64,000 nucleotides of DNA from Macrostomum lignano (lineage: Eukaryota). Shown here in pieces: positions 40,485 to 59,200 of this stretch; within the stretch, counting starts at the first letter, position 1; every line of letters begins with the position of its first letter. The DNA is taken from NCBI GenBank assembly GCA_002269645.1, contig NIVC01001081.1, forward strand, positions 62,001 through 126,000. Direction: 5' to 3'. Position numbers and translations under genes: made by a program. The notes under the pieces were generated by a model. The model was not told the origin of the DNA. It searched no databases and saw only the letters and a program-made list of their open reading frames with translations.

Positions 40485-42703
40485 CTTTGCTGAACTTCCT
40501 ACTCACCTACTCACCTTCACCCTGAGATTGTCTAAGCCAGAAGGCACAATGCCGATTCATGTCCAGCAGAGGCCCTCCGCACTCGACTTTCTGAAACACA
40601 TGCACAAGAAATATTACCATAACTGTACTACCGTAAAATGAGTAACCTAACAGTTTGTTTATCCAACTTTTCGATATGTCTGTCGGGAATCTTTTTGAGC
40701 CAAAAGTTTGAGAAGAACTGGTCCAGTCAGAGCTCCCTTGTCTCCTGCCTCATCCAGACTCGGTATCAAAAGCTTTACAAACAATCGCCCGCGCAGCTTT
40801 AACCGCCTCTTCAAAGCACAAGACTGCGACAGATAGCAATCTCTGGGAGGCTTCAAACGAAATGGATGAAAAAAACTACTATAGAATACTCGAACAATGA
40901 AACTGATATAATGACCTGAGGGTGCTCATCCCACTGTCTGTGCTAGCACTAACAGTTGTTCTCTAAAACCAACTACGGAGGACTCCGGGGTGACAACTGA
41001 GGCAGCCTCCGGGCAGTAAAAATTCACCTTGCTGACAATCAACAATGGGCTCAGACTATGAGCAATAAAGCCGACCAAAGGCTGCATCTCTTCCTCATCA
41101 GCTCAGGGTGCCCGCATCTGCGCAGCAACCCCAGCTCCGCCAGCATCGTGGATGGAGCGGAGAGTCTGCAAGCTAACTCACTGCCCTTCATCGCGTGTGT
41201 GTGTAGGGGGGGGGGTTGCGGAGAGGGGATCAGGGAGGCAGCTGTTGCTTATAATAATTATCCCCGAAACCCGCGAACCCGCCGAAACTTCTGGCGATCG
41301 CGGCTGACAAAAAAGCCGGCGGAGGTCGCCAGTCAAGAGCGGGCAGCCGGGCGCGCAGCCTGCTGGTGCGGAGCGGCTCGAAAATGCAGCCGATATTTTT
41401 TTGATGAAAAAAAAACTGATACATGCAGGAAGCGGGAGAGGCATTAATCTCCCCCATGCTCTGCTCCGGAGGCACTGAGTGACTCCTTCAGTCTTTGTTT
41501 TTGTTCTTAACAAATTGCTCACCCATCGCCCCGCCCTCTTCTGCGGTTTGGGGGGAAGCAAAAAAATCTTGATTTGGGATTTTCTCCACCGCCTACAGGT
41601 TTTGAATGCCGCACGTGTCCAGCAGAATTGCTCTGTGAGTTATGAATTATGAATTTATGATTAGGGAAGATTCTCCCCTCTCCCCAGTCCAAAGCCACCG
41701 ATGTGAATGTCGATATTTGATGGATTCGGGCAAAAAATTGGGGAATTGCCGAAATTCGGTCTGCAACTTTCTCTTTTTTCCGTATTGAAAGTCTCTGGGA
41801 GAATTTCTGATTTGATTGGCAGTGGATCTGGTAGGCAGAGCTCATTCTCACATTCTGTTGTATCCGTTTTTGTTTCAAGTTTCAGCAAAACCATAATTCT
41901 TCTCGCAACAGCCCAACCTGTCGTCGATGTCGTCTGTCCCAGAAGAGAAAAAGAAGGCAGGAAAATCTCAGCTGCGGAGTGCTTCAGCCTTCCGAAATTG
42001 AAGGCAAACACCCGATCCCTACAGGTGTGCTCAAGCAGAGGAAAATCTGGCCGCCCCTCGGACTTCGGATACTCAACTGGTCGCTGGAAAATTGCAATCT
42101 TTAATAATTTAGCCGCAATAATTCTTAACTTGCGAGCCTACCTGTCCGGCTCGCTCGCTACCTGCCGCGCAGATTTTAATGACTAATTTGCCCCCCCCCG
42201 GCGAGGAGAGAAGGGGCAACGTTTCTTGGAAAGGCTACTTGCCACTGGAAATTGTTTAGCGGTCCCGATTGGGGCATGAATAAATTATGCTAATTAAACA
42301 CCGACCGACCCCAGTCCCCACGGCGCAATCCTGGTTCACCCACTCTCTCCGCAGCCTCCCGCTCAGCTCCTGGATCAAGAGGGTTTTTTGAAAGCGCGGC
42401 CCCGGCCAGCCCAGTGATTGGCATTGATTTGGAGTCGGCTGCCTCCAGCTTCAGGTCGCTCGCGCGCCTTCCCCCAGATTGAAGATTTTCAAGCGGCCGG
42501 CCCACCTGCTGAACTGCAGCTCAGCTCTCAGGAGTAGCGGAGGCCGCGGCATTGATTGCCCAGCTCTGCTTTCATTCCTCCTGCTCAGCCAAGCACTCAC
42601 TCGATGGCTTTCATGGACACCAGCAGCCGATGCCTTGGAAGACTGGATGGGAATCTCAGCTCAGCCAGGTGCAAATGACTCTACAGGCTTAGGCAAATTT
42701 GTC

Positions 42704-43254
42704 CAGAGGCGGGTTTAGAAATATAAAATGAGGGGGGGACTTGAATCATGAGTGAATCATGGTGCCATAATGTACCCTAGAGGGGCGCCATAATGTACCC
42801 TAGAGGGGCGCCATAATGTACCCTAGAGGGGCGCCATAATGTACCCTAGAGGGGCGCCATAATGTACCCTAGAGGGGCGCCATAATGTACCCTAGAGGGG
42901 CGCCATAATGTACCCTAGAGGGGCGCCATAATGTACCCTAGAGGGGCGCCATAATGTACCCTAGAGGGGCGCCATAATGTACCCTAGAGGGGCGCCATAA
43001 TGTACCCTAGAGGGGCGCCATAATGTACCCTAGAGGGGCGCCATAATGTACCCTAGAGGGGCGCCATAATGTACCCTAGAGGGGCGCCATAATGTACCCT
43101 AGAGGGGCGCCATAATGTACCCTAGAGGGGCGCCATACATAGCAAAGTGAGGGCGCTGAGAACCTTTTTTAGCGCAAAGGAAACGGGGCGCCATTGTATC
43201 ATCGCCATGCAGTCACAAGGGGCCCTCCGCCTCCACCCCCTAAATCCACCACTG
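42704..43254. mobile_element. MITE-like element carrying an internal 23-bp array
   Basis: Left end CAGAGGCGGGTTTAG versus right-end reverse complement CAGTGGTGGATTTAG (12/15); no clear TSD. Confidence 0.55.
42763..43136. repeat. Perfect 23-bp minisatellite (GCCATAATGTACCCTAGAGGGGC), ~16 copies
   Basis: Identical tandem units, no spacers. Confidence 0.97.
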
Positions 43255-44077
43255 AAGTCTGAATTCGTCACAGCCGTCACCAACAATAAAAGCTCGTGAC
43301 AATTATTCAATGAAATTACTAAAAACTTTTTAAATTAATAGCTATATGTACAAATTTAATTTAAAACAAAAGTTAAGTTTTTTGGTGCATTGCATATTGA
43401 ATAGGCAGAATAGTGGTTAAAAGTTTACTGCATTTGACCAGGGAAATTTTTAATAGTTGATTTGTAAGTACATTTTATTTTACATCATTCTCGAGTATTA
43501 TAACATATAATGATCATAAATTCTTAATTTTTTATTTTAGTAGAGCTAGTATTTTAGGATACGACGAACTTTAAAATTTAATTAATAATTATTATAGTCG
43601 TTTAGTAAATATATTCTGGCTATAAGTTCAGATAATTAAGTTATCTTAATTTTAATCAGAAAACAGAAGCCAGAGAAAAATACTTTTTTGACACAGGCCG
43701 CCAGTTCTAACCGGGCACCCTAATATGACAATCAAATTGCACATAGTATAACAAATAAATATCCAAATCGTAAGTAGACTCAATAAACCGTTAATAACGT
43801 TATAAAACACTAAATTTAGATAGTAGAAATTAGTTAACAATAACAATTAAATCAAATTTATAGTTGATAATGTATGTGTCATGTAAAATTACATTACATA
43901 TACGCTCGTACTGTAACAAATATGCGCGTTAATACAATGAATAATTAAACATCATTTATTTAATTTACGAAGTTGCACTTATGCAAAGTACATTCACACA
44001 GCAAGTCTGACTGCCTGCAAAAACTATCTGCGTCCACCAATTCATGTACATGAAATTTTTTTTTAAATTTTCGCATT

Positions 44078-51455
<7,378 letters not shown>

Positions 51456-51777
51456 TGGCACTGGAGTTATCGCAGCAAATCTTAACAAAAGAACAGGGGT
51501 TTAAAGAGATCTTGCAGAGCGCTAATCAGATATATTTGCTTGTTGTCTACTGCAGTGCTTGAGGGAGACCCGACAGCAACAGTTTTAAACCAAGTTGTGC
51601 AGCCTTCTGGTGCTCAGAGGCGGATAAAACAAGCGGATAAATGGGGGCGAGAGTTCCGGCGGAGAGTGGCGCGGACCAATCAGCGCAGAGCAGGTCCCGG
51701 CACCCCATTGGTCGGGCATTCCCGGCTCTCAGGGATTCTCTGCGTGACACAGGTGTCTTCTGCTGGAGCTTCGGTGA

Positions 51778-52470
51778 CAGCCACCACAAACAGCGCTGCA
51801 AGCAGTTCCACAAACGGCGCCACAAACAGCGCTGCAAGCAGTTCCACAAACGGCGCCACAAACAGCGCCGCAAACAGCGTCACAAACAGCGCCACAAACA
51901 GCGCCACAATCAGCGTCACAAACAGCGCCACAAACAGCGCCACAATCAGCGCCACAGATGGCTCCACAAACAGCGCCACAAACAGCGCCATAAACAGCGC
52001 CACAAACAGCAGCGTCACAAACAGCGCCACAAACAGCACCACAATCAGCGCCACAGATGGCTCCACAAACAGCGCCACAAAAAGCGCCACAAACAGCAAA
52101 ACAAACAGACCCACAAACAGCGCCATAAACAGCGCCACAAACAGCGCCACAAACAGCGCCACAATCAGCGCCATAAACAGCGCCACAAACAGCGCCACAA
52201 ACAGCGCCACAAACAGCGCCACATACAGCGCCACAAACAGCGCCATAAACAGCGCCACAAACAGCAGCGTCACAAACAGCGCCACAAACAGCGCCACAAT
52301 CAGCGCCACAGATGGCTCCACAAACAGCGCCACAAAAAGCGCCACAAACAGCAAAACAAACAGACCCACAAACAGGGCCATAAACAGCGCCACAAACAGC
52401 GCCACAAACAGCGCCACAATCAGCGCCACAGATGGCTCCACAAACAGCGTCACAAACGGCGCCACAAACA
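51778..52470. repeat. 12-bp minisatellite (ACAAACAGCGCC), upstream of Gfi1
   Basis: Tandem units. Confidence 0.95.
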
Positions 52471-52771
52471 GATTAGCAATTAAGAATTTCAATTTTCTTC
52501 ATTTCATTTCTTTAATCTTAACGAAGTGAGGCAGTTGCACAACGGTTTTTAAATGCCAGACACGCCTTGCTCACTACTGCCAGTAGTCCAAAAAGTGATG
52601 AAAACTTTAGGTTGGTCGCTACAGGAAGCAAGAAACGAAGTTAAAGTTATTTTGATATATATTTGATATCAGTATATTTGATATCAAAAGCAGCATTAAC
52701 ATCATGCACATCCCAGCTTAACTTTATATCTGTGGTATCTAACACTGAAGTTCATGAAACTAATACTGCAA

Positions 52772-53098
52772 ATCTAACATCTGATATCTAACACCTGATA
52801 TCTAACATCTGATGTCTAACATCTGATATCTAACATCTGATATCTAACACCTGGTATCTAACATCTGATATCTAACATCTGACATCTAACACCTGATATC
52901 TAACATCTGATATCTAACATCTGATATCTAACATCTGATATCCAACATTTGATATCTAACATCTGATATCTAACATCTGATATCTAACATCTGATATCTA
53001 ACATCTGACATCTAACACCTGATATCTAACATCTGATATCTAACATCTGACATCTAACACCTGATATCTAACATCTGATATCTAACATCTGATATCTG
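52772..53098. repeat. 14-bp minisatellite (TCTAACATCTGATA)
   Basis: Tandem units. Confidence 0.95.
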
Positions 53099-53238
53099 TC
53101 AGATTGTAAATTGTAAATTGAAACATATGAAAAAAGTCTAACATTGTTGTCAAGCATCCAAATACGAGTATAACATGTGATATCTAACATTTGATTTCCA
53201 ACATCTCTAACACCCGGTGCTCATCAGCTAGGGAATAT

Positions 53239-56200
53239 CTAACGGAAGAAGCCGGTCTCTTCCAGCAGGTCCTGCAGCATTCGGTAGTACGGGTGGTACG
53301 GGTTGTTCCACGTGAACGGGTTCGAAGTGGTCATGGTGTCGGACTTTCTGCCATAGACGGTGCCGCTCTCGTACGCGTACATCGTGTTCAGACTGTAGCT
53401 GATGAAATGCAGCCGGCAGAAGGAATTCTGCGAGAATTCGAAAGCTTTGCATTCCCTGGAAACGGCGCAGACAAACTGGCAGTTCTGCATGTCCACCGCT
53501 AGGCCGTAGGACCTGCCGAAGTCGGGATAGTGAATGACCTCACCAGTGTCGTTGTCCACTCTGAAGTACACCGCACGCTTGCAGCTCGAGTCTTTGATTG
53601 GGCCCAGGGCTGCGGAGTGCGCGAGATAGGATGCTGTCACTCCCGCAACTCCAGACTGTCACTCCCGCAACTCCAGTCTGTCACTCCCGCAACTCCAGTC
53701 TGTCACTCCCGCAACTCCAGTCTGTCACTCCCGCAACTTCAGACTGTCAAAACTTGAGACTTTCAAGCAACACGGGAAATAGGGTGTCACTCCGAATCAG
53801 AGGTACAGGGAGGTGTCACTCCGAATCAGAGGTACAGGGAGGTGTCACTCCGAATCAGAGGTACAGGGAGGTGTCACTCCGAATCAGAGGTACAGGGAGG
53901 TGTCACTCCGAATCAGAGGTACAGGGAGGTGTCACTCCGAATCAGAGGTACAGGGAGGTGTCACTCCGAATCAGAGGTACAGGGAGGTGTCACTCCGAAT
54001 CAGAGGTACAGGGAGGTGTCACTCCGAATCAGAGGTACAGGGAGGTGTCACTCCGAATCAGAGGTACAGGGAGGTGTCACTCCGAATCAGAGGTACAGGG
54101 AGGTGTCACTCCGAATCAGAGGTACAGGGAGGTGTCACTCCGAATCAGAGGTACAGGGAGGTGTCACTCCGAATCAGAGGTACAGGGAGGTGTCACTCCG
54201 AATCAGAGGTACAGGGAGGTGTCACTCCGTCTCGAACCTTCTTTCCACTCGTAGCAGCTTTGCCCTCGCGGATGCTCCTGAGAGATGGTGAGCTTGAGCT
54301 TGCTTGGTACTCCCACTATGGTGGTGTCCTTCATGATCTCCCAGTCGCCGCAGGCTTCCACGTCCCAGTCCTCCTGCAGGAAGCGCTCGTCCGGGTGCAC
54401 AGAGTCGTGCGTGTTGAGCGGCAGAGTGAATTGCGGGTGCGTCTGCGTGAACACCGGCGGCTCCTGCGGCTGGCCCTGTGGCAGGGTGGGGGAGCGAGGG
54501 CGATAGTAGGGAGTGACGGTCACTGCGGGTGAAATTTCGGACTGACAGTTGCCGAGTGACATTTATGGAGTGAAAATTCTATAACTTGTGGAGTGATGGC
54601 ACTCTGCTCACACTTCCGTCAAAGCTGTACAAATCCTCCCAGTAGTCGGCGTTCTCTGGGCCCATGGGAGGGTGGTGCATGGTCAGGCAGTTCATCATGT
54701 CCAGCGGGGTTTCGAATACTTCCAGATTTGTCACTAAGATGCGGCTAATTTCGGGGAACTTTAGCCAGTCGAAGCCCATCATGTACTTCATCTCCAGCAA
54801 ATCAGAGTTGACCTTCATTCGGATCATCACCCAGCGAGTGCGCTGGTGGGGACTGCACTCGGAATAGATGTACGACTGCGGGAGGAGGCGGCGCGGGGCC
54901 CTCGGTCACTCATGAACTCACTCATGAACTCACTTATGATCTCAACCATGATCTCACTCATGAACTCACTCATGAACTCATTCATGATCTCACTCATGAA
55001 CTCACTCATGATCTCACTCATGATCTCACTCATGAACTTACTCATGAACTCACTAATGATCTCACTCATGATCTCACTCATGAACTCACTCATGAACTCA
55101 CTCATAAGCTCACTCATGAACTCACTCATGAATTCACTCATAAACCCTCACTCTACTCAAGAACTCACTCATGAACTCACTCATGAACTCACTCATGACC
55201 TCACTCATGAACTCACTCATGAACTCACTCATGAACTCACTCATGAACTCACTCATGAACTCACTCATGAACTCACTCATGAACCCTCACTCATGAACTC
55301 ACTCATGAATTCACTCATAAATCCTTACTCATGAACTGACTCAGGAACTGACCCAAGAACTCACTCATGACCTCACTCATGAACTCACTCATGAACTCAC
55401 TCATGAACCCTCACTCATTAACTCACTCATTAACTCACTCATGAGCTCACTCATGAACTCACTCCTGAATTCACTCATAAACCCTCACTCATGAACTGAC
55501 TCAGGAACTCACTCATGATCTCACTCATAAACCCTCACTCCGCTCAAGAACTCACTCATGAACTCACTCATGAAGTCACTCATGAAGTCACTCATGAACT
55601 CACTCATGAACTCACTCATGAAGTCACTCCTGAACTCACTCATGAAGTCACTCATGAAGTCACTCATGAAATCCCTCATAAACCTTAACTCATGAACTGA
55701 CTCAGGAACTCACTCATGATCTCACTCATAAACCCTCACTCCGCTCAAGAACTCACTCATGAGCTCACTCATGATCTCACTCATGAACTCACTCATGATC
55801 TTACTCATGATCTCACTCATGAACTCACTCATGAACTCACTCATTAACTCACTCATAAGCTCACTCATGAACTCACTCATGAATTCACTCATAAACCCTC
55901 ACTCTACTCAAGAACTCACTCATGAACTCACTCTTAAACCCTCACTCATGAACTCACTCAAGAACTCACTCACGAAATCACTCACGAACTCACTCATGAA
56001 CTCACTCATGAACTCACTCATGAACTCACTCATGAACTCACTCATGAACTCACTCATGAACTCACTCATGAACTCACTCATGAACTCACTCATGAACTCA
56101 CTAATGAACTCGCTCATGATCTCACTCATGAACTCACTCATGAACTCACTCATGAACTCACTCATGAACTCATTCATGAACTCACTCATGAACTCACTCA

Positions 56201-59200
56201 TGAACTCACTCATGAACTCACTCATGAACTCACTCATGAACTCACTCATGAACTCACTCATAAGCTCACTCATGAACTCACTCATGAATTCACTCATAAG
56301 CCCTCACTCATGAACTCACTCAAGAACTCACTCACGAAATCACTCATGAACTCACTTATGATCTCACTCATGATCTCACTCATGAACTCACTCATGAACT
56401 CACTCATGAACTCACTCATGAACTCATTCATGATCTCACTCATGATCTCACTCATGATCTCACTCATGATCTCACTCATGATCTCACTCATGAACTCACT
56501 CATGAACTCACTCATGATCTCACTCATGATCTCACTCATGAACTCACTCATGAACTCACTCATTAACTCACTCATAAGCTCACTCATGAACTCACTCATG
56601 AATTCACTCATAAACCCTCACTCTACTCAAGAACTCACTCATGAACTCACTCTTAAACCCTCACTCATGAACTCACTCAAGAACTCACTCACGAAATCAC
56701 TCACGAACTCACTCAAGAACTCACTCACGAAATCACTCATGAACTCACTCATGAACTCACTCATGAAGTCACTCATGAACTCACTCATGAACTCACTCAT
56801 GAACTCACTCATGAACTCACTCATGAACTCACTCATGAACTCACTCATTAACCCTCACTCATGAACTCACTCATGAACTCACTCATGAATTCACTCATGA
56901 ACTCACTCATGAGCTCACTCATGATCTCACTCATGATCTCACTCATGAACTCACTCATGAACTCAATCATGAACTCACTCATGAATTCACTCATAAACCC
57001 TCACTCATGAACTGACTCAGTAACTCACTCATGATCTCACTCATAAACCCTCACTCCGCTCAAGAACTCACGCATGAACTCACTCATGAATTCACTCATA
57101 AACCCTCACTCATGAATTCACTCTTAAACCCTCACTCATGAACTGACTCATGAACTCACTCATGATCTCACTCATAAACCCTCACTCCGCTCAAGAACTC
57201 ACTCGTGAACTCACTCATGAATTCACTCATAAACCCTCACTCATGAACTGACTCAGGAACTCACTCATGATCTCACTCATAAACCCTCACTCCGCTCAAG
57301 AACTCACTCATGAACTCACTCAAGAACTCACTCATGAAGTCACTCCTGAACTCACTCATGAAGCCGCTCATGAAGTCACTCATGAAGTCACTCATGAACT
57401 CACTCATGAAGTCACTCATGAACTCACTCATGAAGTCACTCATGAACTCACTCATGAACTTACTCATGAACTCACTCATGAACTCACTCATGAAGTCACT
57501 CATGAACTCACTCATGAACTCACTCATGAACTCACTCATGAACTCACTCATGAGCTCACTCATGAACTCACTCACAAACTCACTCATGAACTCACTCATG
57601 AACCCTCACTCATGAACTCACTCATGAACTCACTCATGAACTCACCCATGAACTCACTCATGAGCTCTCTCATGAAGTCACTCAAGAAGTCACTCACGAA
57701 TCCTCACTCACTAATCCAAGCCCCTGTGATATCTCACCACACCGTGATGAAATTTGAGATCCTCGCAGCGCCACCAGAGCATTTTTTCGGCCATGGTGGC
57801 CCTCCTGAAGTATTCGGTTCGCCGTCCCTTCTCGCCGTTGCTGCTGCGGAAGTCGGTCTCCACCAGCCAGTGTGGCAGCGGAGCGCCGCGAACGAAAACC
57901 TCCAAGAAGCGCATGGCGCTCAAATCCATTCGATTGATGAAGAGCTTGAGCAGGGAGATGTGCTTGTGGCTGCCAATGTCGAAGATAATCCACTGAAAAT
58001 CCTCGTCAACAACGTTATTGAAGTAGGAATTCGGGTCAAGCAATGATTCGGCCTCGAAGGGGGGGCAATGCGTAAAAGCGGTAGTTTGATGAGTGCACAG
58101 CGTGTTGAGAAACCAGGAGTGCGAATTCCTGCTGGACATCAGCACTTTGCTGGTGACCTGGTTTATTGACGCCACTTGCCTGCCAGTGGTTGAGTGAGCA
58201 AATGGTTGCTGCCTGGTTAGCTGCTCACAGGTTGAAAATTTATCACTCCAACCTAGCAAATGCGGTGCGCCCTGGATTCCCCTGTCTCAAGGTCGTGCAT
58301 TTATTGGATTCCCCATATTTTTCAAGGTCGAACGTTCTGTCGGATTCCCCATATTTCTCAAGGTCAAACATTTTGTTGGATTTCCCATATTTCTCAAGGT
58401 CAAACATTTTGTTGGATTCCCCATATTTCTCAAGGTCAAACATTTTGTTGGATTTCCCATATTTCTCAAGGTCAAACATTTGGTTGGATTCCCCATATTT
58501 CCCAAGGTCAAACATTTTGTTGGATTTCCCATATTTTCAAGGTCGAACATTCTGTTGGATTCCCCATATTTCTCAAGGTCGAAAATTCTGTTGGATTCCC
58601 CATATTTTTCAAGGTCAAACATTTTGTCGGATTCCCCATATTTCCCAAGGTCAAACCTTCTGTCGGATTAACTTCTGTCCAACTCTGGATTCGCTTCTGT
58701 CTCAAGGTCGTGCATTCTATATTCCACTCCATCTTACCGAAAGTTTCCCATCGCGCCAAAGATTGTCATGGTGTCGAGCTGTTCCCAGTGGATCATTCTG
58801 TTGGCTTCATAGCAGTTCTTGGGCAATGCGATCTCGAAGACGGTGGTAAATAGTTCTGGCGCGCCATCTATGTTCACGAGAGGGCAGCGAAACATGGTGT
58901 CGAACAAAAGGCACGGCTCCCATTTAAGGTATCGAAATGGGCCATCCGATTGATGATACTTGAAGTATATATTGTAATACAGGTAGACCCTGTGATCGAA
59001 CATTACCGGCAAGTTGTCGATGTAGCGGCCCTTGAAGTCCGCGGCTGGGTCCGGAATCTCCGACTCGTTGAAGCACTGACAGGTCCGCAGGTTGCGAGTG
59101 GGAGTGTGCCTGCGTAAATTCATCACTGCGGTGGGAGTGCGGAGTGTGCCTGCGTAAATTCATCACTGCGGTGGGAGTGGCGGAGTGTGCCTGCGTAAAT

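Noticed and set aside
39758-42186. Several 120-180-aa ORFs
   Set aside because: No domain motifs, biased composition and no consistent splice chain
42763-43136. CRISPR-like repeat array
   Set aside because: Units are contiguous with no spacers; eukaryotic context and no cas genes
51475-51500. Degenerate SNAG motif (PCSFVK) upstream of Gfi1
   Set aside because: No initiating Met, wrong frame relative to the phase-1 donor, and SNAG must be at the extreme N-terminus
51540-52529. Ser/Ala/Thr/Asn-rich 329-aa ORF (ice-binding or mucin-like)
   Set aside because: 12-bp satellite translation open in three frames
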